Shown here: positions 16,942 to 27,646 of the stretch, piece after piece
How positions within the stretch are numbered: position 1 is the stretch's first letter
Layout: each line of letters opens with the position of its first letter
Origin: Candidatus Omnitrophota bacterium
GTDB lineage: Bacteria; Omnitrophota; Omnitrophia; Omnitrophales; Aquincolibacteriaceae
NCBI GenBank assembly: GCA_003140935.1
Contig: PLLJ01000021.1
Location: 4,555-68,554 of the forward strand
DNA: 64,000 nucleotides
Direction of reading: 5' to 3'
Position numbers and translations under genes: made by a program
The notes under the pieces: generated by a model
Databases searched by the model: none
Told to the model about the DNA's origin: nothing
Seen by the model: only the letters and a program-made list of their open reading frames with translations

Positions 16942-17760
16942 ATGGAAAAGCTTTCCGTAGAACAACTTAAGGCGAGAGCAAAATTAGTTCGCCGCCACAT
17001 CATTGAGATGACAGGGGCCGCAGCTTCGGGGCATCCTGGCGGCTCTCTCTCCGTCACCGAAATACTGGTGGCTCTCTATTCCAACCTCATGGAGCACAAT
17101 CCCCAAGACCCGCAATGGCCGGACCGTGACCGGTTGATCCTCAGCAAAGGGCACGCTTCGCCCGCTCTTTATGCTGCCCTTGCTGAAACCGGGTATTTTA
17201 GTCCCAAAACCCTTAAGGATTTTCGTAAGCTCGGCAGCCCGCTCCAAGGGCATCCGGACCGGCGAAAACTTCCCGGAGTAGAAGCTTCCACGGGATCGCT
17301 CGGACAAGGTCTTTCGATGGGGATCGGCATGGCGCTTGCGCGGCGTCTGGATAAAAAAAGCTATTACACCTATGTGATCACAAGTGACGGAGAAATGAAC
17401 GAAGGCCAGACCTGGGAAGCGGCCGCGATGGCTGCGCATCATAAGGTCGATCATTTGATTGCATTTTTGGATTACAACAAATTCCAGCTCGACGATTCCA
17501 CAAAAAATATCTGCGACATGGAACCTGTCGTTGAGAAGTGGAAGGCTTTCCGCTGGCATACGTTTGAGATCGACGGACACGATGTGAAACAGATCCTTAA
17601 CGCTGTAAAAAAGGCCAAAAAAGTCCAGGGCCAGCCGGTCATGATCATCGCGCACACGATCAAGGGGAAGGGCGTTTCCTTTATGGAAGGGAACAATGCT
17701 TTTCACGGGGTTGCACCGAAGCCCGAAGAAGTCGCAAAAGCCCTTAAGGAATTATCCTAA
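16942..17760 (+). CDS. Transketolase, N-terminal (TPP-binding) subunit of a split transketolase
   Basis: GHPGGSLSVTEILVALY, ILSKGHASPALYA and GSLGQGLSMGIGMA are transketolase N-terminal motifs. 272 aa. Confidence 0.85.
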   Translation: MEKLSVEQLKARAKLVRRHIIEMTGAAASGHPGGSLSVTEILVALYSNLMEHNPQDPQWPDRDRLILSKGHASPALYAALAETGYFSPKTLKDFRKLGSPLQGHPDRRKLPGVEASTGSLGQGLSMGIGMALARRLDKKSYYTYVITSDGEMNEGQTWEAAAMAAHHKVDHLIAFLDYNKFQLDDSTKNICDMEPVVEKWKAFRWHTFEIDGHDVKQILNAVKKAKKVQGQPVMIIAHTIKGKGVSFMEGNNAFHGVAPKPEEVAKALKELS

Positions 17761-18701
17761 TGCAAAAAATCTTAGGCAAAGCCACGCGGGATGCTTACGG
17801 GGAGACGCTTGTCGAGATCGGCAAAATGAATCCGGAGGTGGTGGTGTTGGATGCGGATCTTTCCAAATCCACGAAGTCCGCGCTCTTTTCCGAAAAATTC
17901 CCGGAGCGATTCTTCAACGTCGGGATCCAGGAAGCGAATTTAGTGGGAGTGGCCGCAGGGCTTGCCTCCTGCGGGAAGATCCCTTTTATCTCAAGTTTTG
18001 CGTCCTTTTTGGTCAGCAAGGGGTTTGATCAGTTCCGCATGGGTGTCGCGTTCTCCGAGCTCAATGTGAAAGTCGTCGGTTCCCACGGCGGTATTACGGT
18101 CGGGGAAGATGGTGCTTCGCAGATGGCGATCGAGGATGTCGCTCTGATGACGAGCCTTCCGGGTTTTGTGGTGATGGTTCCCAGCGATGAGATCTCCACG
18201 AGGGCATTGGTTTTTGAGATCGCGAAGTACCCCGGTCCTGTCTATATGCGTACCGGAAGGCCCAAAGCGCCAGTCGTTCATAAAGCGGGTACGGATTTCA
18301 AGATCGGGAAAGGGGTCCGGTTGCGTGAAGGTAAAGATCTGACGATCCTCGCCAACGGTTTGGAAGTTTTTGAAGCGCTTGAAGCGGCGGAACATCTCGC
18401 CGAGGACGGTATCAGCGCAAGTGTCATTGATATGCACACCGTGAAGCCGCTGGATACGGAGCTCCTCCTGGAAGAGGCCAAGCGGACCGGACACGTTCTC
18501 GTCGCCGAAGAACATCAGATCTGGGGCGGCCTCGGAAGCGCGGTCGCGACTTTCCTCGCAAAGCAACATCCTTGCAAGATGGGTTTTGTGGCCATTCAAG
18601 ACACCTTTGCGGAGTCCGGCAAGGCGGAGGAACTTTTGGAAAAGTACGGCCTCACTTATCCTCATATCATCAAAGCCGCGAAAAAAATCCTGGGCCGATA
18701 G
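17760..18701 (+). CDS. Transketolase, C-terminal (pyrimidine-binding/C-terminal domain) subunit
   Basis: Start overlaps the upstream stop (TAATG). FNVGIQEANLVGVAAGLA and later segments match transketolase central/C-terminal domains. 313 aa. Confidence 0.85.
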   Translation: MQKILGKATRDAYGETLVEIGKMNPEVVVLDADLSKSTKSALFSEKFPERFFNVGIQEANLVGVAAGLASCGKIPFISSFASFLVSKGFDQFRMGVAFSELNVKVVGSHGGITVGEDGASQMAIEDVALMTSLPGFVVMVPSDEISTRALVFEIAKYPGPVYMRTGRPKAPVVHKAGTDFKIGKGVRLREGKDLTILANGLEVFEALEAAEHLAEDGISASVIDMHTVKPLDTELLLEEAKRTGHVLVAEEHQIWGGLGSAVATFLAKQHPCKMGFVAIQDTFAESGKAEELLEKYGLTYPHIIKAAKKILGR

Positions 18702-18763
18702 TTACTCACTTTCTTTTACGTTCGGGTGACAGGCATTCCTCCTCATCGGAGAATACTTTCGAA

Positions 18764-20506
18764 ATGAAAATCCTCTTGTACACGGCGTTTTTAAAGGACT
18801 TTTTTTTAAGGATTTTCTCCGTACTACGTTCTTCTTGCGCCGCATTTACGTTTCTTCTCATCATCCTTTTTTCTCCGGGACTGCAGGCTGCCACAGCTGA
18901 AAAAGCCATGGTCGTCAGTCCGGACCCCCGTGCAACACAAGCCGCTTTGGAAGTATTGAAGCAGGGTGGGAACGCGGTGGACGCGGCCATCGCTGCGCAA
19001 TGGGTGATGGGCGTGGTCGAGCCGCAAGCTTCCGGGATCGGGGGCGGCGGCCTTCTTATTTTTTATGATATTGGTACGAGGCGCATTCTTTTTTTTGATG
19101 GAAGCGTCAAGGCCCCGGCAAAAGCTTCCCCCGGGATGTTCCTTGATAAAAATAAGATCCCCCTTCCTTATCAGCCCGAACGAAACACGGGCGGACTTCC
19201 GGTCGGCGTTCCGGGACTGTTGAAGCTCATGGAAGAGATTCACGCCAAATACGGGACTCATAAATTTCCGTTTGAGAAACTGATGGAGCCGGCGATCCAG
19301 CAGGCGGAAAAAGGGACGGAAGTATCCGCGGCCCTCGCTCGGACGCTTCGAGAGAACGCCGAAAGATTAGAGCTTTTGGATCCCAAAAAGGAAGTTTTTT
19401 TCGAGAATGGCGTTCTCCTTGAAGGAGGGCAAGAATTCTCCCAACCCGAACTTGCCAAGGCCCTGCGTCTGATCCAGGCCAAAGGGGCGAAGGTTTTTTA
19501 TAAAGGCGCGATCGCAGACGCGATAGCGCGCGCCGTTCGCAAAAATGTTTACCGAGCGGGCCTGTTGAGCGAGAGGGATCTCAAAGATTATGCGATTGCG
19601 ACGCGCGATCCTGTTCATGCGACTTACCAAGGATACGACCTTTTTAGCGCAGGACCTCCGGCAGACGGGGGCGTGATGTTGTTCCGCGGGCTCAATCTCC
19701 TTTCCCATTTTGGTCTTCCAGGCTTCGGGCAGGTTCCCGAGACCTACCATCTTCTCGGAGAAGCGCAAAAGATCGCTTTTTCGAACCGTTCAGGAGTGGC
19801 GGACCCGGATCTTTTTGATATCCCGCTCGAAAAGCTTCTTTCGGAAGCGTGGGCGCAAGACCGGATGAACGCCATCCAATTTGACCAGATCTTGAAGTCG
19901 GATGAGATGACGGTGGAAGTACCGGAGAGAGGAAAGAAGCGCATCGGTTCTTCGATTATCGTTGTAGATCCGAAAGGAAATATCGTGATTCTCACGGCGA
20001 CCCTCGGGGACGCGTTCGGTTCGGCGTTGAGAGTGCCGGGCTACGGTTTTTTTCTAAACGACCTGATTACCGATTTCGCCGCAGATCCATCCACTGTTAA
20101 AGATCCGAACTCGGCGGCGATCATCTCCGGCGGACAAAGACCACGCGGACCGGAAGCACCCCTATTTATTTTCAAAGAGGGGAGTCCTTCTATTTTGTTG
20201 GATGCTTATGGGTGGGACGACCCGGCCGCCGTGCTTTTAAATGTGATGGTCCAGAAGATCGATCTTGGAGCGTCCTGTTTGGGGGCCGTAGAATCCCCGA
20301 GGCTTTTAGTCCGTGGCAGGGCCCTTCACATGGAGTCCGGACTTTATGACCAGGAGACGATTCGATTGAAGCTGGCTCTTTTAGGACATGATATCGAGAA
20401 AGAAGATCCGATCGGATTTGCGCAAATAGTTTGTTTTGACAAGGGTTCTGGTAGAATAGAAGGCGAAAGCGATCCTCGAGCGAGCGGCGAGGCCGCCGGT
20501 TTCTAA
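18764..20506 (+). CDS. ggt: Gamma-glutamyltransferase (secreted)
   Basis: Chosen start MKILLYTAFL... gives a signal peptide and ~580 aa. AVDAAIAAQWVMGVVEPQASGIGGGGLLIFYD and TATLGDAFGS (Thr autoprocessing region) are GGT hallmarks. The longer ORF from 18572 overlaps the transketolase gene. Confidence 0.8.
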   Translation: MKILLYTAFLKDFFLRIFSVLRSSCAAFTFLLIILFSPGLQAATAEKAMVVSPDPRATQAALEVLKQGGNAVDAAIAAQWVMGVVEPQASGIGGGGLLIFYDIGTRRILFFDGSVKAPAKASPGMFLDKNKIPLPYQPERNTGGLPVGVPGLLKLMEEIHAKYGTHKFPFEKLMEPAIQQAEKGTEVSAALARTLRENAERLELLDPKKEVFFENGVLLEGGQEFSQPELAKALRLIQAKGAKVFYKGAIADAIARAVRKNVYRAGLLSERDLKDYAIATRDPVHATYQGYDLFSAGPPADGGVMLFRGLNLLSHFGLPGFGQVPETYHLLGEAQKIAFSNRSGVADPDLFDIPLEKLLSEAWAQDRMNAIQFDQILKSDEMTVEVPERGKKRIGSSIIVVDPKGNIVILTATLGDAFGSALRVPGYGFFLNDLITDFAADPSTVKDPNSAAIISGGQRPRGPEAPLFIFKEGSPSILLDAYGWDDPAAVLLNVMVQKIDLGASCLGAVESPRLLVRGRALHMESGLYDQETIRLKLALLGHDIEKEDPIGFAQIVCFDKGSGRIEGESDPRASGEAAGF

Positions 20507-20534
20507 TCACGTATCGAGGGGATACACAGGACTT

Positions 20535-21056
20535 ATGGAAGGGGGAGGTATGATCCTGCATAAAGGTAAATATCTTGAGCTGATCTCTGAAGATAGCTGG
20601 GAATACGTCAAACGGACCAACTGCAACGGCATCGTGGTCATTGTACCGATGACCAAGGACGGAAAGGTCATTTTGGTCGAACAGTTCAGGAGGCCCGTGG
20701 AGGCCCAGGTGATCGAATGGCCCGCGGGTCTTGTGGACGACAAGGCGTCGCACCCTTCCGAGACGCTGGAGGCGGCCGCCCGCCGCGAACTTTTGGAGGA
20801 GACGGGCTATCAGGCGGAGCATCTGTCGCTTTTGGTGGGGGGACCCGTCTCTAGCGGTTTGAGTTCCGAGATCATCACCTTCTTCCAGGCTTTAGACGTG
20901 GTCAAAAAAGGTTCGGGTGGCGGAGACGCTACGGAATCTATCAAGGTCCACGCAGTGCCGCTTAAAGAAGCGGACCTTTGGCTTTATGAGATGGAACAAA
21001 AAGGGTTTCTTGTGGACCCGAAGGTCTACGTGGGGTTGTATTTCTTAAAAACATAA
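20535..21056 (+). CDS. NUDIX hydrolase (ADP-ribose pyrophosphatase-like)
   Basis: NUDIX box GLVDDKASHPSETLEAAARRELLEETGY. Confidence 0.75.
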   Translation: MEGGGMILHKGKYLELISEDSWEYVKRTNCNGIVVIVPMTKDGKVILVEQFRRPVEAQVIEWPAGLVDDKASHPSETLEAAARRELLEETGYQAEHLSLLVGGPVSSGLSSEIITFFQALDVVKKGSGGGDATESIKVHAVPLKEADLWLYEMEQKGFLVDPKVYVGLYFLKT

Positions 21057-21114
21057 TTACAGGAAGGCGGATGGCGATCGGGCTCCATCCCCCATCCAGT
21101 TTTAGGAGTTTGTC

Positions 21115-21549
21115 ATGGCTGACATTACGATCTATCAAAAACCGTCTTGTACGACCTGCAAAGAAGTCTTTCAGATCCTAAAAGAAACGAATACGGATTT
21201 TGACGCGGTAGATTATTTCACTGATCCGATCCCCAAAGCGAAACTCAGGGAGCTCATTCAAAAATTAGGGCTTCCGGTCGAGGCATTGATCCGCAAAAAA
21301 GACCAGCTTTATTCGGACCTCCGGCTTGGTGAAAAACAACTTACCGAGGGCCAATGGCTGGACCTTTTGGCGATCTATCCCGATCTTCTCCAGCGCCCCA
21401 TTGTGGAAAGGGGCGACAAAGCGATCCTTGCTCGCCCCGCCAGGAAGATCCGTGAATTTTTGGCGCCCTCTGTTCCTGCGGATTCGCTTGCGTCCGGAGC
21501 AGTGCAAGACGTGCAAAGCGTAACGGAAAAACCGAACGTCGCGCACTGA
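21115..21549 (+). CDS. ArsC/Spx family protein (arsenate reductase-like thioredoxin fold)
   Basis: N-terminal ITIYQKPSCTTCKEV CxxC-type motif and size (144 aa) fit the ArsC/Spx/YffB family. Confidence 0.7.
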   Translation: MADITIYQKPSCTTCKEVFQILKETNTDFDAVDYFTDPIPKAKLRELIQKLGLPVEALIRKKDQLYSDLRLGEKQLTEGQWLDLLAIYPDLLQRPIVERGDKAILARPARKIREFLAPSVPADSLASGAVQDVQSVTEKPNVAH

Positions 21550-21614
21550 GCGTTGCCTGGCGCACATTTTTCAGATAAAATGCTCTCGATTTTTTAACAA
21601 ACTAGGAGGTCCCT

Positions 21615-22301
21615 ATGGACGATCCAAAGCATCAGCCTTTCTCATATCCCCAGGAAGCGGTTTTCTCGAATTTCATGCAACGAGTGTATCAATGGATGGC
21701 CATGGGGCTCGCGCTCACGGGCCTTGCGGCTTTTATCACGATCGGCAACGCCTCGCTCCTGCGTTTTCTCTTGCAGGGCGGCATGTGGCTTCTCTTCATT
21801 GCGGAGTTGGTTTTGGTCATCTGGCTTTCCGCAAGCATCCAGAAGATCTCGGCCCAGGCAGCGACGATCGGATTTCTGGCTTATTCAGTCCTGAACGGCA
21901 TCACGCTGTCGAGCATCTTTCTCGTCTATACGGCCGCCTCGATCTCCTCAACTTTTTTTATCACGGCCATGACGTTCGCGGGCGTGAGTCTGTACGGCTG
22001 GGCGACCAAACAGGATCTGACCTCAGTCGGAAGTTTTTGCGGGATGGCCCTTTGGGGTGTGATTATTGCCAGCATTGTGAATATATTCTTTCATGCGCCG
22101 GCCTTTAACTGGATCGTTTCCTATTGCGGCGTCGCGGTCTTTATCGGTCTGACAGCTTACGATACGCAGAGGCTCAAAGCGATCCACCAAAACATGGGGG
22201 GAGCGTCGGAACAACTGGCGATCTTCGGGGCGCTGATGCTTTATCTGGACTTCATCAATATGTTTCTGTTCCTTCTGCGTATTTTCGGTCGCAGGCGGTA
22301 A
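21615..22301 (+). CDS. Bax inhibitor-1/YccA family membrane protein
   Basis: 7-TM profile. FMQRVYQWMAMGLALTG start and YDTQRLK motif are typical of BI-1/YccA. Confidence 0.8.
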   Translation: MDDPKHQPFSYPQEAVFSNFMQRVYQWMAMGLALTGLAAFITIGNASLLRFLLQGGMWLLFIAELVLVIWLSASIQKISAQAATIGFLAYSVLNGITLSSIFLVYTAASISSTFFITAMTFAGVSLYGWATKQDLTSVGSFCGMALWGVIIASIVNIFFHAPAFNWIVSYCGVAVFIGLTAYDTQRLKAIHQNMGGASEQLAIFGALMLYLDFINMFLFLLRIFGRRR

Positions 22302-22382
22302 TTTGAAAAAATTCTGACCGGATCCTATGCTTTTTCAATTGTCACGCGGTACTCCGTACAGCGTACGGCGTACGGAGAAAAA

Positions 22383-23135
22383 ATGATCGACGTTCAATCT
22401 CTCACGATGCGTTATGGCCCGGCGATCGCGCTGGAAGATGTTTCCTTCCAGGCGAACCCGGGCGAGGTCCTGGGGCTTCTTGGGCCCAACGGGGCGGGAA
22501 AGACGACCGCCATGAGGATCCTCACGACCTACCTTTATCCTTCCTCCGGCACCGCGAAAGTAAACGGGTTCGATATTCTTGAAGATCCCATGGAAGTTCG
22601 CAAGCACATCGGCTACTTGCCCGAAACCATTCCGCTTTATGGCGATATGCGGGTCGATGAATATTTGATGTTTGTGGGTAAGGCGCGCGAGCTCGAAGGA
22701 TCCCAACTCACGGAAAGGCTCACATGGGTTCAAAATACCTGCCAGCTCAAGCCTGTGTGGAAGCATCTTTTATGTGAACTTTCCAAGGGGTACGGCCAGA
22801 GGGTGGGGCTTGCGCAGGCTCTGATCCATGATCCCAAAGTCCTGATCCTGGATGAACCCACTTCGGGGTTGGACCCGATCCAGATCATCGCGATCCGTTC
22901 ACTCGTGAAAAGCCTCGCCAAGGAAAAAACCATCGTTTTTTCCACACATATCCTGCAGGAAGTCGAAGCCCTTGCCGATCGCATCGTGATCATCAATGAA
23001 GGAAAGCTTGTGGCGCAGGGCACGAAACAAGAATTGGCGGAGAAAGTCCAAGTTCCAGGGAAAACGGCGCGGGATCTGAGCCTGGAAGAAATCTTTATCC
23101 AGTTGCTTGCGCCTTCGCAGGGAGCGAGTGTATGA
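22383..23135 (+). CDS. ABC transporter ATP-binding protein (GldA-like)
   Basis: Walker A LGPNGAGKTT, signature LSKGYGQRVGLAQAL, Walker B LILDEPTSGLD. Confidence 0.85.
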   Translation: MIDVQSLTMRYGPAIALEDVSFQANPGEVLGLLGPNGAGKTTAMRILTTYLYPSSGTAKVNGFDILEDPMEVRKHIGYLPETIPLYGDMRVDEYLMFVGKARELEGSQLTERLTWVQNTCQLKPVWKHLLCELSKGYGQRVGLAQALIHDPKVLILDEPTSGLDPIQIIAIRSLVKSLAKEKTIVFSTHILQEVEALADRIVIINEGKLVAQGTKQELAEKVQVPGKTARDLSLEEIFIQLLAPSQGASV

Positions 23136-25636
23136 GAAAACGCTCCAAACTTCTCGTGATCTTAAACAGGGAACTCGCGGCCTATTTTAATTCTCCCATC
23201 GCTTATATCTTCATGATCATCTTCACGCTCCTGAACGGCGGGCTTTTCATGACGCAATTTTTTCTCGTCGGGCGTGCGGATATGCGGGCCTTCTTCTACG
23301 CGCTCCCGTTCCTCCTCTCGGTCTTTTTGCCGGCGGTTTCCATGCGTCTTTGGGCCGAAGAAAAACGCGGGAACACGCAGGAATTGCTTTTGACCTTTCC
23401 CATCCAATCTCATGAGCTCGTACTAGGGAAATTCTTTGCAAGTTTCCTTTTCTACCTTATTGCGCTTGCCTGCACATTTCCGATCCCGGTGATGCTGGCT
23501 GTGCTCGGCCGGCCGGATATCGGCGTGATCCTGAGCGGTTATATCGGCGCGGCATTCTTGGGCGGCTTTTTTCTCGCGATCGGAACGCTTGTGTCGGGTT
23601 TTTACCGGGACCAGATCGTCGCGTTCATCCTTTCCATGATGATCTGCTTCGGGCTTTATCTTATAGGCACGGAATTCGTGGCCTCTTCCATCGACGGGTG
23701 GGTCGGGGGACTCGGGACCTTCCTCCGGCATTTTCTCGGCGCCGTGGACCATTACATTACGTTCGCAAAAGGAGTGATCGACAACCGAGACGTGCTTTAT
23801 TTCGTGCTCGGCAGTGCGGTGGCGCTTGTGCTGAACGGGTTTTGGATCGAAGGACGGATGCGGCCCAAGGCAGTCTCGATCTTCACGACAGTGGCGCTGA
23901 TCTCAGCCGGGATCTTCCTTCTGAGCAATTGGCTTGTCGCGGGGGTCCCCCTCGGTCGCTTCGATATGAGCGAAGGCCAAACCTATACGATCTCTCCGGC
24001 GACCCGGAAGATCCTGAGAAGCCTCCCATCGCCTGTCACCGTCAAATTCTACATTTCTAGTCAGGACAAAATGCCGACCGCCATGAAAACGCTTGAGCAG
24101 GATGCGCGTGACAAGTTGGAAGAATTGCGCGCCGTGTCCGAAGGTCATTTTCAGTATCAGGTCTTTCACATGGACGCTGCGACCGCGGTCGAGGGAGCGA
24201 AAAAAGAGGATACATTGGAGGAGCGGCTTTCCAAAAAGGGCATCCAACCTTTCCGCGTCGAGTCCATCCAATCCGATGAAGTCGGGGTCCGTCTTGTTTA
24301 TTCCGGAGTGGTGATCTCCTACAAGGAAAAACCCGAGGAAGTCCTGCCGCAGATCCATCCCGGAAATCTCGACGACCTGGAGTACGCCATTATTTCCAAG
24401 CTTTACCGCATGACCCTCCCCGAAATCCCGAAGATCGCGCTCATGGCGCCTTATAAAGAGCGCACGGTCGATCCCAACCTTATGATGTTGCTCCAGCAGC
24501 TCGGGGGACAGGTTCCGTCGAGCTACCGGGACGATCCTTACGAATATCTTCAGTTCGGTCTTGAATCCGAAGGTTATCCGGTCAAACGCATTTCATTGAA
24601 TGAAAAATTCAAAATTCCGGAAGGAACAAAAATGCTCGCGGTGGTCCAGCCGGACCAATTGAGCGAATGGCAGAAATATGAGATCAATCGCTTCCTTTGC
24701 CAAGGGGGTTCCGTTTTTATGGCGGTGCAGAATTACGAGTACAATTATAAACCCCAGGAATTGGGTTCCGTCGAGCTCGTTCCGAGCGAGAAAAACCCGG
24801 CCGTGAACGATCTGCTCTCGGCCTGGGGGTTCCAGGTCGACACCCGTATCCTGGCGGACGAACAAAACGAGGCCATCACTGTTTCGGGGGGCGGGCGCGC
24901 CGGACTTATGGGAGTCGCCTTTCCGGTCAAATTGCCGGTCCAGGTCCTTTTGACGGATTCCGAGATGAACACGCAGACTTCGATCACGGCGCGTCTCTCG
25001 GCTTTCTTTTATCTCTGGGGCAGCGCGATCACGATCGATGAGAAAAAAATCCAAGCCCAAGGGCTCAAGGTGCAGACTTTGCTTCACTCCAGCAAACATT
25101 CCTGGACTGTGCCGTTCAAACCGGGGACACTGATGCTCCAGGCGCTGGAGCGCAGCGCACAGAGCATTTCGGGGCCGTTCCCGTTGGCAGTATTGGCCGA
25201 AGGGCAATTTGCGGACGCATTTAAAAATAAGAAAGTTCCGGAATGGACCCCGACAACTGTCGGCGCGGAAGCCCCCAAGCCACCGGAAGAAGTAAAAAAA
25301 GAAAACGCCCCTCAAATTTTCCAGCCGAAACCGGGGAAGCTCTTGCTGATCGGAGCGGCGATTCCTTTCCAAAAGCAACTCATGCAAAACAGCGGGCATC
25401 TGAACTTCTTTCTGAACGCCACGGATGTCTTAACGCTGGGAGATGCCTTGATCGGTATCCGCTCGAAAGGTCAGGTCGATCGCGCGCTTCCCAAGGTTAC
25501 GGCCTCGGCAAAAATGGTATGGCGGCTCTTTGTTATGTTCCTGGTGCCGGCCCTTATCGCCTTTGCGGGTTTTGGACGGGCGTACATGCGCCGCCGGACC
25601 AAACAACTCTATCTGAAAAACCTGACCGTTTCTTAA
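23132..25636 (+). CDS. ABC-2 type permease fused to GldG-like domain (gliding-motility-type ABC transporter auxiliary component)
   Basis: Overlaps the ATPase gene stop (ATGA). The N-terminal ~250 aa are six-TM ABC-2 permease-like. The remainder resembles GldG/DUF4350 with a C-terminal TM helix. 834 aa. Confidence 0.6.
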   Translation: MRKRSKLLVILNRELAAYFNSPIAYIFMIIFTLLNGGLFMTQFFLVGRADMRAFFYALPFLLSVFLPAVSMRLWAEEKRGNTQELLLTFPIQSHELVLGKFFASFLFYLIALACTFPIPVMLAVLGRPDIGVILSGYIGAAFLGGFFLAIGTLVSGFYRDQIVAFILSMMICFGLYLIGTEFVASSIDGWVGGLGTFLRHFLGAVDHYITFAKGVIDNRDVLYFVLGSAVALVLNGFWIEGRMRPKAVSIFTTVALISAGIFLLSNWLVAGVPLGRFDMSEGQTYTISPATRKILRSLPSPVTVKFYISSQDKMPTAMKTLEQDARDKLEELRAVSEGHFQYQVFHMDAATAVEGAKKEDTLEERLSKKGIQPFRVESIQSDEVGVRLVYSGVVISYKEKPEEVLPQIHPGNLDDLEYAIISKLYRMTLPEIPKIALMAPYKERTVDPNLMMLLQQLGGQVPSSYRDDPYEYLQFGLESEGYPVKRISLNEKFKIPEGTKMLAVVQPDQLSEWQKYEINRFLCQGGSVFMAVQNYEYNYKPQELGSVELVPSEKNPAVNDLLSAWGFQVDTRILADEQNEAITVSGGGRAGLMGVAFPVKLPVQVLLTDSEMNTQTSITARLSAFFYLWGSAITIDEKKIQAQGLKVQTLLHSSKHSWTVPFKPGTLMLQALERSAQSISGPFPLAVLAEGQFADAFKNKKVPEWTPTTVGAEAPKPPEEVKKENAPQIFQPKPGKLLLIGAAIPFQKQLMQNSGHLNFFLNATDVLTLGDALIGIRSKGQVDRALPKVTASAKMVWRLFVMFLVPALIAFAGFGRAYMRRRTKQLYLKNLTVS

Positions 25637-25666
25637 GATCATTTAGCAAAGCCCGGTTTCAATCCT

Positions 25667-26461
25667 ATGAAACAATATCTGGATCTCTTAAAACATATTC
25701 TCGATCATGGCGCCGAGAAGAAGGATCGCACCGGCACCGGGACGATCAGCGCGTTCGGCTATCAAATGCGTTTTGATCTGGCCCGGGGGTTCCCGCTCCT
25801 CACCACCAAAAAGATCTATACCAAGGCCGTGATCTACGAGCTCCTTTGGCTGCTCCGTGGCGATACGAATATCAAATTTCTAAAAGACAACGGTGTGACG
25901 ATCTGGGATGAGTGGGCGGACGCCCATGGGGAACTCGGGCCTGTCTATGGCGCTCAATGGCGCGCGTGGAAGCGCCCGGACGGCACCACAGTGGATCAGA
26001 TCACGCAAGCGGTGGAGATGATCAAAAAAACCCCGGATAGCCGGCGGATTATCGTGAGCGCCTGGAATGCCGGAGAGATCGAAAAGATGCGGTTGCCGCC
26101 CTGCCACGCTTTTTTCCAGTTCTATGTATTGAACGGGAAGCTTTCCTGCCAGCTTTATCAGCGCAGTGCCGACGTTTTCCTTGGCGTGCCGTTCAATATC
26201 GCCTCGTATGCGCTTTTGACCCTGATGGTGGCACAGGTCACGGGCCTTCAGCCCGGCGAGTTCGTCCACACCTTCGGAGACGTCCATATTTATTCGAATC
26301 ACATGGAACAGGTGAAACTTCAGCTTTCACGCGAACCGCGTCCTTTGCCGGACATGGTCCTGAACCCTGACATTCAAAGTATTTTTGATTTTAATTACAA
26401 AGATTTTTCGCTCCAACATTACGACCCGCATCCGGCGATCAAAGCGCCGGTTGCCGTTTAA
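25667..26461 (+). CDS. thyA: Thymidylate synthase
   Basis: [12 protein letters not shown]...[11 protein letters not shown]..., [11 protein letters not shown] (catalytic Cys), 264 aa. Confidence 0.9.
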   Translation: MKQYLDLLKHILDHGAEKKDRTGTGTISAFGYQMRFDLARGFPLLTTKKIYTKAVIYELLWLLRGDTNIKFLKDNGVTIWDEWADAHGELGPVYGAQWRAWKRPDGTTVDQITQAVEMIKKTPDSRRIIVSAWNAGEIEKMRLPPCHAFFQFYVLNGKLSCQLYQRSADVFLGVPFNIASYALLTLMVAQVTGLQPGEFVHTFGDVHIYSNHMEQVKLQLSREPRPLPDMVLNPDIQSIFDFNYKDFSLQHYDPHPAIKAPVAV

Positions 26462-26520
26462 ATCAGACCCTAGCCTATAGCCGATGGCTCTAGGTTTCAG
26501 TCCAAAGTCGGAGGTTTAAA

Positions 26521-27015
26521 GTGCTCTATCACATTGTGGCCGTAGCCAATCATCGCGTCATCGGAAGGGGGAATCAGCTTCCCTGGCATTTTTCAAAAGA
26601 TCTACAGCATTTCAAGGCGACGACCCTCAGCCAAACCGTGATCATGGGCCTGAAGACGTTTGAAAGTCTGGGCTGCAAGGCCTTACCCGGCCGCACGAAT
26701 CTGATCCTGGACCGGAGCGGCCAAAAACCGTATCCGGGGCAGACATTTTTTGCTTCTCTGGATGAGGCCCTGAAGAACGTTAAGACCGAACATGCTTTTA
26801 TCATCGGAGGAGCGGAGCTTTACCGGACCACGATCGACCGCGTCGACGCGATCTATCTAACCCGCATTCACGCCGATTACGAGGGAGACGTTCTTTACCC
26901 GGAGATCCCGCCTTCTTTCACGGAAATAAAACGGCTTAAAATCCAAGAGAACCCAACGCTTGAAGTGATCTATTACGAGAAAACAAAGCACAAGGGCTGC
27001 ACCTGCTGTGGATAA
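26521..27015 (+). CDS. folA: Dihydrofolate reductase (GTG start)
   Basis: IVAVANHRVIGRGNQLPWHFSKDLQHFK, IMGLKTFESLG, 164 aa. Classic thyA-folA adjacency. Confidence 0.85.
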   Translation: MLYHIVAVANHRVIGRGNQLPWHFSKDLQHFKATTLSQTVIMGLKTFESLGCKALPGRTNLILDRSGQKPYPGQTFFASLDEALKNVKTEHAFIIGGAELYRTTIDRVDAIYLTRIHADYEGDVLYPEIPPSFTEIKRLKIQENPTLEVIYYEKTKHKGCTCCG

Positions 27016-27616
27016 CAAGGACGTTTATTTTAAACAGATCCCCGTGGGTTATATGGGAAATTTCATCTATCTCATCGGCGACAAAAAGAAAAAAGAATGC
27101 GCGATGGTGGATCCGGCCTGGGATGTTGACGCGGTGCTCAGGGAGGCCGAGAAAGACGGCATGAAGGTCGTGGCGGGGATCCTCACGCACACGCATTTTG
27201 ACCATTCAAACGGAGTTGAGGCGTTGATCCAAAAGACCGGGGCGAAGGTCTATGTGCATGAGAACGAGACGAAATATCTAAAAGAGATCAAAGGGCATCT
27301 TGTGGAGACAAAGGAAGGTTCCAAACTCCGGATCGGGGATCTGGAAATGACCTTTCTCCACACGCCGGGCCATACCGAAGGCGCGCAGTGCATTCTGTTT
27401 GGAGACAAGATCGTGACCGGCGACACGCTTTTCGTGGGGGCTTGCGGCCGATGCGACCTTCCGGGAGGCGATGAAAAAAAGATCACCCAGAGCCTGAAAC
27501 GTCTCGCCTCGCTGGACGGAACGCTCGAGGTTTTCCCGGGCCATGCCTACGGAGAAACAGATTCTTCCACGATCGAGCATGAGCGGAAGACGAACCCTTT
27601 CATGAAATTCAACTGA
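27008..27616 (+). CDS. MBL-fold metallo-hydrolase (glyoxalase II-like)
   Basis: THTHFDHSNG metal-binding motif, HTPGHTEG, FPGHAY. The GTG start overlaps the folA stop. Confidence 0.75.
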   Translation: MDNKDVYFKQIPVGYMGNFIYLIGDKKKKECAMVDPAWDVDAVLREAEKDGMKVVAGILTHTHFDHSNGVEALIQKTGAKVYVHENETKYLKEIKGHLVETKEGSKLRIGDLEMTFLHTPGHTEGAQCILFGDKIVTGDTLFVGACGRCDLPGGDEKKITQSLKRLASLDGTLEVFPGHAYGETDSSTIEHERKTNPFMKFN

Positions 27617-27646
27617 CAATACGGCTTAAGAACCCTCGAGTCAAAA

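Noticed and set aside
18572-18763. 5' extension of the GGT ORF
   Set aside because: It overlaps the transketolase C-terminal gene and gives no signal peptide. The start at 18764 (MKILLYT...) yields a typical signal sequence and a ~580-aa GGT.
24593-25399. 268-aa minus-strand ORF. Another antisense ORF at 23903..24358 was considered the same way.
   Set aside because: Antisense to the ABC-2/GldG-like fusion gene. No motifs.
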